A DNA stretch of 64,000 nucleotides from the human T2T-CHM13v2.0 reference genome, Homo sapiens, in NCBI RefSeq assembly GCF_009914755.1, contig NC_060929.1. The stretch is one strand, 5' to 3'. The position numbers were made by a program, and so were the translations under genes. Of the stretch, positions 41,393 to 55,500 are shown in pieces. Each line of letters begins with the position of its first letter. The stretch's first letter is position 1. The notes below the pieces were generated by a model that was not told where the DNA came from, did no database searches, and worked only from the letters and a program-made list of their open reading frames with translations.

Positions 41393-43470
41393 TTCACTTG
41401 TCATTTTTCTATAAATGCACTTCACTGTACGTACATACTTCGAGAATCAGATTCACGAAACAAGTCTACTCGTTTATAAAACGAGTGATTAATTTATAAG
41501 AAGTACTTAAATAGTATCCCTTTAAATATATATAGAGAACTATGACAGGCACATTGCTGTTATGTAAACTAAGCTAGTTTAAGCAACTTCTGTGAAAATC
41601 GTGTTCACTGCTAATATATTTATAGATTTAATTTTTTTACAGCTGAATAGAAATTTTATCTTACTCCCAAGGCCAATAGCTAACGTTCCCCAATAGAAGC
41701 CTCACAAGGCTCTACTTTACCACAACATGGGCTCTGCCTGTCCAAGGGAAAGTTAAACAAAGAAGATTAAATAAGAGTTCAGCATTTTTAAGGTAAAATT
41801 AAAATTTACAGGAGCTTCTACTGGGAGAATGGGCTCTCACTGGGTGCTCTGTGTTATCACTGGGGCACCAGGTTCTCAGCAGGCATCTGCAGCTGAGCAG
41901 TGGGCTTCAAGTGGGAGGATGTTTTCATGTGTACCAACACAGAGCTGCGAATTGTCAGAAATACAAAATATTTGCATACATCGATGTGATATATGAACCC
42001 TCAAAAAAAAAAGCAAAACCAACAAAACATAGTGTGTGTGATCTAGCATCACAGATATATTTTTGATTCTCAGGACACACATAGAAGACAATCTGTCCTC
42101 TTATTTTGTAAGGGCCAACATTGGTCAACTGTATCTTGGAGAGACCACAGGTGGCCTTGGCCAGTGCATGGCCAAAAATGTAAACAGCCTGTGAACGGGA
42201 GTGCTGAGGAGTGAAGGGAGGAAGGTGGTTTCTGCACTCCCGGGTTCCAACAGGAAATGCAATTCTCAAAGTCTGCAAGACCCTAGACTAGAAAAATTCA
42301 TTTGAGTATTAGAAATAATTTTATTTTTATTGGTTATTTTCTTTATAAAGAAATAAAGTTTTAGAACTTAACTTTAGAAATAAAGTTAAGATAGCCACCT
42401 GAAAGAGGTTAGATTGGGATTTTTCAAAAAATTTTTTTTTCCAAAAGTGTTTTGTTGCTGTTAAAAATAAAATTAAGAAAATGCTGATTTAAATTGACAC
42501 TTAACTATCAGAGCCTACTATTTTCTTTTCTACTATGCAACTAAAATAATCAAGATGGTGCACAAGAAGAAAGAGTTAATAAAGGAAAAATAACATTAGG
42601 AATTAGAATAGATCCCAATTCAGGCCATAAGAGGCCCTGAGAAGTGCATTAGAAAACGTGCATATCAATCTACATTCTTGGTTTAGATGTGAAGTGTGGC
42701 ATCTGCCCCCCTCCAGGTGGAGAGGAAGAGGTCAACTGTGCACCAGGCCTTCTGTAGTGCATAGACACCAGGCTGCAGCCTACGCATCCGTACCCAAAGG
42801 AAAATAAACCCAGTTAAGAGATAAACATGTGTACCCTAAACTCAACTCCATTGCACAATGGATATGCATTATTATCTTGAAAATGGAGAGGAAGAGCCTA
42901 CTTTTAAGATAATTCATCAAAGGGAGCAGAAGGACATTTTAGAAAGTGTCCCTTTTCCATATTTTTCTATTTCCCTTCAGAGTGGCAAAAAGTTGCTATT
43001 GATTTTGGGGATTTTTTTTCTTTTATGACAAAATTAACTCAAATAATTTACGAGAAGATGTGCCATTTCTGTCTTTAGATACAAATTGTTGCATGTTCCA
43101 GAGTCTTACAAGTTAAGCTGCTGGAATCTGTGGAATATGTAAGGACGGTGCATTTAGAGCCCATCAGGAGGGGCTTGCTCAGTGTTGTGCCTGGTCACAG
43201 CGTGTCGATCCAGGAACAGTAACCGGGATCAGGGGTGCGCGACCACACGGCCCATCTCCACAGAAAGAGCACACGGAGAAGACAACTTGGTGGCTTTGGA
43301 TTCACCACCAAGATCTGTGTGTGTTTCACATAGAATCTTGATGATTGTGGAATGAACTACTTTGGCCAACATCCCCATATTTGGCAAAATGATTTGCTGA
43401 AACTACATGTGAGGAATGGGTTCAAAAAATGTCTTGGTAGACATTTTTTAATGTCTCAGCCTTATGAATT

Positions 43471-43885
43471 TCGATGGTTTGAATGTGTTTCTCCAAACTT
43501 CATGTTGAACTGAATCTCCATCATGGTGGAATTAAGAGGTAGGGCCTGGCCAGGCGTGGTGGCTTACGCCTGTAATCCCAGCACTTTGGGAGGCAGAGGT
43601 GGGTGGGTCACCTGAGGTTGGGAGTTTGAGATCAGCCTGACCAACATGCAGAAACCCCGTCTCTACTAAAAATACAAAATTAGCTGGGCGTGGTGGCACA
43701 TTCCTATAATCCCAGCTACTTGGGAAGCTGAGGCAGGAGAATTGCTTGAACCGGGGAGGCAGAGGTTGTGGTGAGCACCGAGATTGTGCCATTGCACTTC
43801 AGCCTGGGTGACAGAGCAAGACTCCATCTCAAAAAAAAGAGGTAGGGCCTTTGGGGAACTGATTGAGTCATGAAAGTCCATCATG
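43471..43885 (+). mobile_element. MST/MLT1A-type LTR 5' fragment split by an Alu
   Basis: gatggtttgaatgtgtttctccaaacttcatgttgaa..aagaggtagggcctttgggg..tgattgagtcatga. Confidence 0.7.
43548..43838 (+). mobile_element. AluSp-like
   Basis: cctgaccaacatgcagaaacccc and ggttgtggtgagc Sp-type positions; perfect 14-bp TSD aagaggtagggcct. Confidence 0.93.
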
Positions 43886-43889
43886 TAAC

Positions 43890-44530
43890 AAGTTGGTTGA
43901 TAGTGTTGTTGATGGCATTTTTGTCTCTTTGTTCTATTAGTTACAAGATGACTACTAAAATCTACAAAGTTATAGAGTTTTGTTTATTTCTCCCTTCAGT
44001 TCTGTAAGTCAGGGCTTCTTATATTTTGAATCGGTTATTTGCTGCTTATGTGTTTATGGTTGCTTTGTCTTCCTGATAATTTGTCCTCTTTATCATTGCC
44101 AAATGTCCCTTTAAATCCCTATTACCATTTAGTTTTCTACATCTATTTTATTACCTATATTGTCACTGTAGCTTTTTGCTCAGTGTTTGCATGATACATA
44201 TGATACATATATTTCTACCCTTTTACTCTGAAATTATGTATTTCTTTTTTAAAGGGGATTTCTTTCTTCATTCTTTCCTTTTTGTGTGTGTGTTTTGAGA
44301 CAGGGTCTCACTCTTTTACCCAGGCTGAAGTAAAGTAGATTTTTTTATAGACAACATGTATTTGAGTATTGCTCTTTTTTTGCAATCTTATAATCCCTGT
44401 CATTTAACTAAAGATTTAGGCCACTTATATTTAACATAATTTTCTATATGCCTACATTTAAATACACAATCTTGCCATTTATTTTCTATTTATTCTATTC
44501 TTTGTTACCATTTTCTTTCCTGCTTTTTTT
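43890..44530 (-). mobile_element. Old L1M ORF2 5' fragment with a short Alu 3' remnant at ~44290-44332
   Basis: tttctcccttcagttctgt, ctttatcattgccaaatgtccct, gtgtttgcatgata, ttatagacaacatgta. Confidence 0.7.
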
Positions 44531-44835
44531 TCTTCTCTTCTACAACTTTCTATCCTCTACTTTACAAGTAAGGGTATATATTTTTCTCATTCTCAATCCT
44601 ACTACAATGAACTTTTCTGCAATGTGAAGTTCTCTAGGAAAACAAACAAAGGGGCACTTTGAAATACTGTGTCTTTTACCCACTTACACTAAAAAAGAAA
44701 TTATAAAAGAGGTGTGTTTGAATGTGTTTGGCTTCCTGAAGTAGCAAGGAACAGCAGACATGATGAACATTATTTTATGATCTTGTTTATTCTATGTCCA
44801 TACTATTGTCAAGGATACAATGCTCCTGAGGTCCT

Positions 44836-45340
44836 TGCTATTGAATGAATGTCTGTGTCTCCAAATTTTATACATTGAAGTATTAATCTCCAATGTAATG
44901 GTATTAGAATGTGGGGATTTGGAAGGTGATTAGTTTTAGATAAGGTCTGGAGGGTGGAGGCCCCAAGATGGAATTAGTACCCTTACAAGAAGAGGAAGAG
45001 GCTGGGTTCAGTGGCTCACACCTGAAATCTCAGCACTTTGTGAGGTCAAGGTGGGAGAATCACTTGAGGCCAGGGGTTCTAAACCAGCCTGGGCAACATA
45101 GTGAGACCCTATCTCTAAAAAAAATAAAAAATAAAAAAAAAAAGAAAAAGAGGAAGAGACCAGAGCCTCTTCACCACATGAAGATACAGCAAGAAGATGG
45201 CCATCTATAAGCCAGAAAGTGAACCATCACCAGACATCAAATCTGTCAGTGCCTTGATTTTGGACTTCCCAGCCTCCAGAACTATGCTGTTGAAGCTACC
45301 CAGTTTATAGTATTTGATTAGAGCAACTTGAACTAAGACA
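44836..45340 (+). mobile_element. MLT1A/MSTD-type solo LTR split by FLAM
   Basis: tgcta start, ccaatgtaatggtatt, agcaagaagatggccatct, ttggacttcccagcctccagaact, ends actaagaca; TSD gtcct/gacct. Confidence 0.9.
45000..45148 (+). mobile_element. FLAM Alu monomer
   Basis: Left monomer plus A tail; TSD aagaggaaga. Confidence 0.88.
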
Positions 45341-45896
45341 GACCTTCCCATGAAAACATAGTCAATAAATACTGTTAAAGGTTGTGGAACCCTAATTCAT
45401 TACAGCAAAAAGCACATGGCAAGGCTTTGAACCTTGTCTATTGTCTGTCTCCATCTATCTGTCTGTTTATCTATGTATCTATTTACCTATCATTGATCTA
45501 CATTTATTTTTGCCCTATTTATTTTATGATTTGTAAAGTGCATGCTCTGAAAAATCAGTTTCTCTATGCCTTCATTTTCTCCAGTCTTAGCAATGAGAAT
45601 CAATATAGCACCCAAATCCGATGTGTGTCTCAGTTGCACTCTACATGTTATCAAGGAAGAGAAAGTAAGTTTCTATATTCTCTTCTGACATGTCAATACC
45701 AGAATCACATATTGGAGATAAATTAGCATTTTCTATTTATTTGATCATTGTCATTAATTATGCTAAATGATTATTGAATAATGTAAATTTATCGCCTAGG
45801 TCACTACAAGCACAAAATACTTAAAATTTCTAATTTATTTGTATATTTTGCAGGAATGTATGATAGGGTGACCAATTTCCACAAAGTAAATAATGA

Positions 45897-46229
<333 letters not shown>

Positions 46230-46554
46230 TAGAAATATGAATTCAAGAATTAAAAGAAACAATGTAATATTTATGAGATTTAGACAGCTTGTTCATATAT
46301 TTTATCATTGATGATGATATTCATTATATATTTTTATTTCATTAAACATATTTAAAAAATGTGTGACAATTTATTTTCTAATACATATTTATAATACAAC
46401 AGAAATGACTTATTTATAATTGTGTAAACATGGCATAAGATTAGAAATCTGTATCTGTAATATGATTCTACAGTTCTTTCAATGGATAATTAAAAAAACC
46501 CATATTATTAGAAACAGAACTTCTGGGTCATAGGTTATATATTTTATGGTCATA

Positions 46555-47120
46555 ATCATTTTATTAACAGTAGCTAAACCCTGGAAACAACCCAAATATC
46601 TGTCAACAAGCAATGGACAAACGAGTTGATGTATTCATGCAATAGAATATCACTGAGTAATAAGGATGAATTAACTATTCTTGCAATAAACAATATGGAT
46701 AAATTTCACATTCATAATGTTGAGTGGAAGAAGTTGGATTAAAAATTACATATAATATACATCAATTTACACAAAATTGTAGAGCAGGCGAAATTAGTCT
46801 AAAGTGAAAACACTCAGAACAATTTATTTAGAAGAAAATAAACAGTTAAGTGAAAAATTCTGTTTGGAAATATAAAAACCCACATTTGGTAACTTATGGG
46901 TTAAAGAAATGATGATGGAATTTTTTAAAAAGCTAAAACTAAGTAATAGAAATAAAATGTATCAAAAGTCATGAAATGCAGCAAAACATACCTGAGAAGA
47001 AATGTTTAGCTTTAAATGCTTATATTTAAAAAACAGAATGACTGAAATTTCTGAAGTATGAATTCTCCATCTTAAAGGTAGAACAAGATCAATAAACACC
47101 TCACAAATAGGAAGACGGTA
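46555..47120 (+). mobile_element. Old L1M fragments (L1ME 3' UTR piece, then ORF2 piece)
   Basis: ctggaaacaacccaaatatct, atggataaatttcaca..aatgttgagtg; aaatgcagcaaa..tagctttaaatgcttatatt. Confidence 0.7.
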
Positions 47121-47137
47121 ATTTACATTTTAAAGAA

Positions 47138-47495
47138 ATTTTTTTTACAAATTTATAGCCTACATCTGCAATTTTGTCACATACATAGATTGTGTAATGG
47201 TCAAATCGGGGCTCATAGAATACCTAGTACCCAAACAATGTATGCTGTACCCATTAATCAATTCTTCTTCATCCTCCCTTCTCCCACACCGTCCTTCTCC
47301 TAAATCTCCATTATTTATCCTTCCACTGTCTATGTCAACGTGAAGACATTTTTCAGCCCCCAATTATGAGTGAAAACATGCATTATTTGTCTTTCTGTGC
47401 CTGGCTTGTTCCTCTTAAGATAATGGCCTCCAGTTTCTTCTATTTTGCGGCAAAAGACACGATTTCATTCTTTTTTATGACTGAGTAGTATTCCA
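47138..47495 (-). mobile_element. L1PB-type 3' end
   Basis: tgcaattttgtcacatacatagattg, ttatgagtgaaaacatg, tttgtctttctgtgcctggctt, tttcattcttttttatgactgagtagtattcca. Confidence 0.85.
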
Positions 47496-47529
47496 GGTAC
47501 GGTTGTTTTTCACTTTACTGTGTATTGTG

Positions 47530-50500
47530 CGGTTCTCCAAAGTGCTGTACTTATCTCCCTTCCTACTAGCATTGATTGAAGCTTCACTCTTCCGCAAATT
47601 TGTGAAGAAAATGTAATTCATTGTCATTTTAGTTTACATTACTGTACATTACATTACATTGTTAATTACTTCTCATTGGCTAGCAAGATTGAACATCTGT
47701 GTATGTTTGTATGCATAAGATTTTCTCATCTGTCAATTGCTTACATGTGTCCATTATATATTTGAAAGGCTTTTCATATTCTCTGGATACAATTCTCTTT
47801 TTTGGTAAAAAAAATATATTTTTTAGTATATTACTTGTATTTTAATGTTGATTATACTATGTTTTATTATATGAGTTATAAATGATAATGTAGCCATATT
47901 TATCAAATATTTCCTTTATTATTCATACAAATTTTGTCTTGTGAAATAAATTATTCTCCATCCCAAGGTTTGGGATGCTAGGTTTTGTTTGCATAAATTT
48001 TATTCAGGATTATATACATATATGAGTATATAAATATTATATATACATATATGTACAAATACACATACATTTCATACATATTATATATCAATGAAGACAT
48101 GTAATGTACTATGCATATAAAATATTGACAAATATTACAATAATTATATAATTGGTCATTTAACTCAAATAACTAAAAAACTGACAAATTATTCCCAACT
48201 CTTTGTGTTGCTGTTGTCTTACATATAAAACGGAGATTATTTATCTTAATGTGTTTTGTCAGTGCTTTAAACACTTATAAAAGTGAAGTGCTTAGATCAG
48301 TGCCTGGTATCTTAAAACGCTTAATAAAAACTCGGTATCATTTTGTCATCATTATTATGTTTTACACGTTTGTTTTCTGGCCTTGGTACAAGGCTAGGCT
48401 AACGTAATAAAATGGCATGAACTTCATTTTGTATGATTTTAAAAAATATCTACTCTATCTTACAATCTATTTCATAATACAAGTATTATGTGAACATGAT
48501 TTTTTTTCCTTACAACCATTTAGGTTGTTTGTACATTTTATGAGTCTTTAACTAAAATGCTTTTTATACATGCTCTCTCTCTTTTATATTTAATTTATAT
48601 TGATTTTTTAATGCTATTTTAAAATTTGTTTTTCCTCTATTTTTCCAAATTTTTAATTTGATTAATAATGTTCATTCCCTATCCCTTTGTAGATTTTGAA
48701 TATAAAGTAGTAACCTTTCCCCTAAATATTATGTTGGTGTACCCTACAAGAGCTTTGGTTTTATTCTGTTTGAAATATCTTCTAATTTCCCATAGAATTT
48801 TATCTTTGAGTAATAAATTACTTGGGTCTTAGTTTTTAATTTCCAAATGCTTTAGTATTGGTGACTATTTTGTGTTACTTTCTCCTGGTATTTTTTTGTT
48901 AAAAGAAAATAATATAAACTTTTTTGGCTTTTAAAAACTTTTCTGAATCCCACTGCATGTTAAATTTTTAAAAGTTGTATATGCCTAAAAAGGGAACTGA
49001 GAGTTTTGAAATCCTTGAGTATAGGTTCCTAGGGTATTTATTTGATCAACTTTGATAATTTGTGTTATTCAAATTTTTTATTGTAACTAATTTTACTTGC
49101 TTGCTTTATTCATTTTCAGAATATTTTGTTAAAAGCACTTATTACAATGACAGATTTGCCCACTTTTTTTGCTTATTTGTCATTGTTTATGGACTCTATG
49201 TTATTGTGTACATGAAGGATATAGTTTCTTTGTTTCCACAGGTGTTTCTGTTTGCTAAAAAGTCTATTACATTTGTTATTGACAGTTTAACCGTCTTGTT
49301 TTACTAGATTTTTTAAATCTCTTATTTTCACTATTTTTGCTTCTTTCTGTGTTTCGAGTTATTCTTTTAAAATGGATGTAGATAGATTTTTACTTGCTTC
49401 TTTCTGATAATCTACAACTTTGAAAAAGATAGTTTATTATTTCTATCTTTATTTTAATTGATAACATATTCGGGGTTATTTCTGTCACTGTATGTTAAGT
49501 TTTTCATTTACCATGTATTCTCATTTCTTTTTTTCTTAGTCCACATTTTTTTTAAATTGCATTAAATTAGGCTTATCTACTCATTTCCCCCTTATTATCA
49601 ATTTGATACTTTTATGTCCTATCTATATAAAAACATCAAAATGTTTACTGATATGGTTTGGAGGTTTGTCCCCTCCAAATCTTGTGTTGACCTATGTTGT
49701 CCAGTGTTGGATGTGGGGCCTAGTAGGACATGACTGGATCATGGGGGCGGATCCCTCATGAATGGTTCAGCACCATCCCCTGGGTACTGTCCTGGTGATA
49801 GTGAGTGAGTTCTCATGAGACCTGGTCATTTAAAAGTGTGTGCCGCCTCCCTCATCCCTCTTGCTCCCTTTCTTGCCGTAAGAGGCGTTGGCTCCCACTT
49901 TGCCTTCTGCCGTGATTGGAAGCTTCCTGAGGCCTCTCCAGAGGCTGAGGCTGTACCATGCTTCTTGTACAGCTTGAAGAACTGTGAGCCAATTGAGTCT
50001 CTTTTCTTTAAAAATTGCCCAGTCTCAGTTATTCCCTTATAGAAATGCAAATGGACTAATACATTTGTTTATTGTATAAAACCAATCAATAGCTTTATGT
50101 GAAGATTTTAACTTTTTTTCACCGATAAAATTTTAATGTTTAACCAACATTAAAATTTTATTGGTGTAAAAATGTTTAACTCTCAACCACTTGTTCATAT
50201 TCATTGACATTTTGTTCAGTCTATTATTTTTCATATTATTTTTCACCTCACACATGACTATTTTTAGTAACCATGTTTTTTCAAGTTTATCTGTGTTTAC
50301 CAATATTTTGCCTAACATTTTTCCTATCATACTCTTTATTTCCGTATTTGTATTTTTAAAATTGAAGCACAACCTTTACTATTCTCCTGGTTCTGATGGG
50401 ATAATGTAAATATTCTGTCTTGATTAAATAAAAAAACCTCTTGTGTTTTATGTTTGAATGACTATTCTTACCAACTAAAAAGAAAAGGTCAAAACATAAT

Positions 50501-51160
50501 TATTTTATATAAAACAACAAAAATTGTCTTAACAGAGAGCTTTTAATAGACCTAGGCCTGGAAAGAGAATCATTTAAAATAGAAACAATATTCATAGAAA
50601 CACCAGATCTGTACATTTTTGCTTACGAGATTTGGCAAAACCTCAAGTAAGAGATGAGAATGATACTGTAGTTGGACATGCATTTTAGGTTTAAAATTAT
50701 TCCTACAGTATATATCACACTACACAATGCTTTCCAGATTTTATAGTTGCTGAAAAACTAGTTATTGTCATTTTGAAAGTCTTATGTCTTTTATTTGTTT
50801 GTGTTAAAGCTTTCCTCTTGGTGTCTTCTGTTTTTGAGGTGTAGACTTTTTAAAAATTGTTTTTCTAAGTGTTTATGTGCTTTCAAATTGGAGATTTATG
50901 TATTCCTTTAATTCTAGCATTTTTTAAATGTAGACTCTCTTAAAAAAATCTTCTTTCTCATTTAAAAATATTTACTACTTCTACTTTTTGTCTTTTTTAT
51001 TATAGTCTTCAATCTCTCAATCTTTATTTCCTATACTCTATTTATTTCTTTTTCTGGGCTACCTTGTGAGTAATTTTCTTCCCTGTCTTTCAGTTTAGTA
51101 ATTCTTACTTATCTATATCTAATTGCCTATTTAATTCTTTGATAACAATTTTAAAATTCA
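47530..51160 (-). mobile_element. Very decayed L1ME-type sequence (patchy) with a MIR at ~48220-48355 and an MST LTR
   Basis: Very AT-rich, T-biased tract with scattered L1-like words; gtgcttagatcagtgcctggtat is MIR-like. Confidence 0.45.
49649..50063 (+). mobile_element. MST (MSTB-like) MaLR solo LTR
   Basis: tgatatggtttgg start, ggatcatgggggcggatccctcatgaatgg, gcttcctgaggcctc, aactgtgagccaatt, ends ggactaataca. Confidence 0.93.
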
Positions 51161-51161
51161 C

Positions 51162-51679
51162 CAGCAGTTTTTGTGGATGCTCTAGGCATTTTGCTTGTTG
51201 ACTTTCTGAAGGGTCAGAGAGAGATAAGAGGTGCTTCTTAGGAGACTGTTTTGAGAAAGCCAAGCTTTAGCAGAAAGATGCCAGTGAAAGCTTTACCAGA
51301 GCCCTTCATCACAGCAATGCAGCAATGCACCTACTCATTCCTCTCACAACCAAGGACATTTGTGTGAGAGTTTTGATGGGAAATCTTTAGGCATCCTCCT
51401 TATGCTTCTGAATTGGCTCCTTCCAACTTCTTTTCGTTTCCTAATTTTAAAATGTCTGTAAAGGGAATCCATTTTTCTTCAGTTAATAATAATAATAAAA
51501 GACTGCATTGCCAGGGTTAAATTCCCAGGACCCTCAGTCCTTTAGGGATGGACAAAATGGGGGCATCATCACTTACAAAAATGTCTTGAATTTGATGGTG
51601 ATTATGTTGAGAAATAAAGTTCATATTTTTTATTTTTATCTTTTATTTTTATTTGTATGAACTTTTAAAAGTCCCCTAT
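51162..51679 (+). mobile_element. HSMAR2 mariner transposon 3' portion (decayed transposase C-terminus plus 3' TIR)
   Basis: From 51392 it reads HPPYASELAPSNFFSFPNFK, a degenerate mariner HPPYSPDLAPSDF motif; upstream LHHSNA (HDNA motif); ends tatgttgagaaataa then TIR-like gaacttttaaaagtcccc. Confidence 0.85.
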
Positions 51680-51684
51680 ATTAT

Positions 51685-52095
51685 AGTATATCTATATTCT
51701 AGCTGTTATCTATTTATCAATCACCTACCTATCTATTATCTATCAACCAATCTATCTGTTCTGTGTATGTATGTATGTATCTATCTATCTGCCTATCTAT
51801 CATATATCTATTATCTATCTATCTACCTATCTATCTATGTAATATGTAATTTATCAATCTATTGGTCTATCTATCATCTGTCTATATCTATTTATCTATC
51901 TTCCTATCTGTTTATCTATCAGTCTTTATCTATCTGTATTCTATCTACCTGTCTATCTATCTACCTGTCTATATCTTTCTGTCTATCTATCTATTTATCT
52001 ACCTACCTATCATCTGTCATCGACCTATCTATGCCTATCTCTCTCTGTCTGCTTGTCTATTTATCTGTCCCTTTGTCTATCTGGTTATATCTCAC
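51685..52095. repeat. Degenerate (TCTA)n/(TCTG)n tetranucleotide array, ~400 bp
   Basis: tatctatctatc units with tatg/tctg/ccta variants. Confidence 0.93.
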
Positions 52096-54460
52096 TTATG
52101 CTCCACCTGTGGAACAAGCAGAGTTGACTGTAGTTAGGACTGCTCCGTTTCCAGAAGTCCCTAGTCTATTGTTTGTGCCTTCACTCTTTGCAAAATAACC
52201 TTAAATTTTCAAAATCCAGGCTCTTAAGAATCCATTCTTGACTTTCAGGACATTTTCTGCAATGTGGCTCAAAAAACTTGAAATCCAAAGGAAGGGAATG
52301 GTCTTGGTTATTCCGAGTCTGCTGTGGCATTCCTCCTTGTGACATGGACACAGCGGGCAGCACCAGGACAGGGCAGGCAGCGGCACAGCACGACCCGCAG
52401 GGGTGTGGAGCCCCAGAGGCTACTTCGATTCCTAGCCTGCTCTGTGTGCTTTGCTTATCTATCTTTTGTTGCCATCGAATCAGCAATAACTCACATATTT
52501 AGCATCACTGATTTAAAGCCATACTTCAAGAGGAACAAACTGACAATACCCACCAATTACCTTGTAATTATTTAGTCTAATTTATGCTAAAACTCTTAAA
52601 ATATATGGAAGTATTGAAATAAAATAACAATTAGCTTTAGATGCAAAGTATGACGTTTTAGGGCTGTTCAAACAGTGTTAATATGTCAAATCCACCTCAT
52701 GTAAGCAGTGACCACCATTTAAATAAAAAAATTCTACTTTAAGAATGAAGTGTGAACCCAGATATAATTTATTATTTTAATGATACCTAAGGGATATTAT
52801 TAAGCTACTACCACTTGTCCATATTTTATTAGCCATGCACTATCAATACCCAATTTTTAAGTGTACAGGGCCCTTTTCTGTATTACAATATTTTATGAAT
52901 TACATATGATAGTGCTGTAATTCAGATCAATTTGAGTAGCGGGTGACCTCCTGACACTTTCTTAAATACGTGGACTCCAGATCTGAAATGTGGAAGGGAG
53001 TACATTAAATCGTAATTAAACCAGTGATATGTTTGCCATAGAAAACTTATTTGTGGATGACGGAGATTGAAATGATAATGGTTACATGAACACCACAGAT
53101 ATACCCTCTGTTAAAATAAGAAATATATGAGTATAATAGATTTAATAATATATATACAGACTTTTAAATAAAGGTGATCAGACTCCAGGTTGTTCCTTGG
53201 CCTTTCCCACTCAATTGCCTGTCCAGACAACTCTAAAAATTGCTCTAAGTCTCTCTCTAAGAGATGACTGAATAAAACCAAAAGTTTCTATTGGCAACAA
53301 CTAAAGATATGTGAGCCTTATTTAAGAAATAAATTTTTATTGAAAGATAAATGACCTGCAATGTTCTTTGTATTAATTTGAAAATAAATGGAAGCTTCAA
53401 GAGGAATACAATTGATTTTTTTCTGTTCCATTTTATTGGCGGCAACTTTTCTAAACTCAAAATTGGTAGACATTTAAAAATCTGTTTCATGCTTTTAAAA
53501 TACGGTTTTATTTTAAAAAACTAAAAATTCTTAAGAAATTAAACTCAAAACTCACCGGCACTTGTAATTGCTTAACGCTGGGGTCATGGCCATTAGGGGC
53601 AGCCCTGTGAAGGGCCAGACATGAATTCTGCATGCAAATCATACTATTGGGGAAGGAAAACGCGTGATCGATATTCAATCCAAACAAGGGACAAGAAAGT
53701 CACCAAGCAGTCTTGCTGGGGCCAGCATGTGAACTACACTGGAACTGCAGTGAGGGTAAAAAACAGGAAGGGGATGCTTACAGGTTCAGGAAACTGCGGG
53801 GAAAAGCGAGAACTAGAACCAGGAGAAGCCCGGGGGCTCAGCTCGTCCACAGCATGATTCATGCAAAGGACACAGGAAGGTGGGGAGGGTTGGGGTGGGG
53901 ACCATCACTAAGGCTGAGGCCTGTGTCTCAAGAGGAAAGGGAAGGTCTCTGAGCCATGGGGTTGGTGACCAGGGTTCCACTGGAGGAATTTGAATGCCGT
54001 GTTGTGAAGAGGCAAGAGGGATCTCACATGAGCGCCCACCATTTGTTAAATATGTGCTCTGCATAATGCCTGATTCCCCCAGAAACCCTGAGCAATAAGT
54101 CTTACTTTCTTCATCTCCAAGGTGGTGAAACGGTGAAGCAAAGCAGCCTTAACCCAGGCAAGACCAAAACTCAAAGGTGTCTGGCTTAAACCTCGGGGCT
54201 GTCTCGCCACCCCATGCGCCTCCCCAGAGACTGGGCATGATTTGGTTCTGTTGGTTACCGTGAAGGTGGAAGAACCTAAGAGAGACAGGGCAGGGAAAGC
54301 GGGTAGGTTAGGACCCTAGCAGGGAGGGACGGGAGATAGAGCGGGATCCTATGGTCGCGCAGTTCCTCCTGGCAATGTACCCGGAGATGGGAAACAGCTG
54401 TCAGGTCCCAGAGCCATGCCCCTGTGGGTGAGAGGCTTAGAAGTCCCAGAAGGCAAGTGC

Positions 54461-54556
54461 CAGCTGTGGCTTCCACACGTGCTAGTGACACGTGCGCCTC
54501 CGTTTCCTCTTCTAGCACATGGGCATCACCGCGTTTCCCTCACAGCTTCGCACGTG
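54461..54556. promoter_or_regulatory. Candidate E-box cluster (3x CACGTG, 1x CAGCTG)
   Basis: CACGTG at 54476, 54489 and 54551; CAGCTG at 54461. Confidence 0.35.
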
Positions 54557-55029
54557 AGATCACAATCGACAATGCAGTGAAGCGCCCGCAATGGACTGCA
54601 GATATTAAGCAGTGAAGACAGTGAGTTACTCAGCTGATTTGTTCCGTGGAGAGTCAGGCTACCTGGTCATCCTACTCAATATCCAGGCCTGCCCGAACCT
54701 CAAGACTGGGTGGGCACTGTTCAGAGGCCCCCAGCCCCTGCCCTTCTCCTGCGAGGGCCGAGCTCACCATCAGGTCCCTGGGGCTTGGAACTAAGTAGCC
54801 ACTTCATAAACACATGGATTTTGGGGTGCCCCGGCCCCCATAAAGAGATCAAATTATGTCTCCTGCATTCTGCTGTAATGAAATGAATCATAAAATATGT
54901 TTTAGAAGAAAATTACTATAAAAAGTTTCAAAATTGTTATTTAAAAAGGTAAGTTATAGACACCTGTAAGATAATTTCTGGTAGAAAAGTTGATTGCCTG
55001 CTAACCCTGAGTATGGGGAACAGCCAATA

Positions 55030-55160
55030 TTCAGCACTCCTCACTCCTTATTCAGCCTCCAGCAACTTTGTGTGGTGCTATTACTGTTTGCATGGACAGT
55101 TGGCAGGCTCAGGAAAGTGAAATACCTGCCCGGGTCATGGGGGCAGTACCTGGGTGGAAG
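55030..55160 (-). mobile_element. MIR fragment
   Basis: cctccagcaactttgtg..aggctcaggaaagtgaaatacctgcccgggtca. Confidence 0.55.
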
Positions 55161-55500
55161 CTTTTCTATTAATTGAAACACTTAACACCTTTTTGTTAGC
55201 GAAATGAGACGTACATAGGTAAAGCCATATTAATTGACAGAGTTGGTAGATTAGAAGTCTGCTCAGTGAAGTCCTGAATTATCCAAAACCATGTCAAACA
55301 CATAGCCTAGTTTTGTCTGATTAACACAAATTCCTTCTTCATAAAGAGTCACCAATAGATCTCATTTTGCCAATTATCTAAAGACTGTGGTTCTTTGAAT
55401 AAGCCAACTCTCAATTCCAGAGTGTTTGTTTTATAGGAGTCTTCAGTTTTCATTCCAAGTCACAAAGAACCACTTGTTCTTCACATGAAAATAAATATGC

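Noticed and set aside
42367-42390. Perfect 10-bp hairpin cttaacttta-gaaa-taaagttaag
   Set aside because: Short and AT-rich; plausible by chance or local slippage, and not a terminator in this context
51653-52198. 181-aa hydrophobic YLSI-rich ORF resembling a membrane protein
   Set aside because: Translation of the TCTA microsatellite
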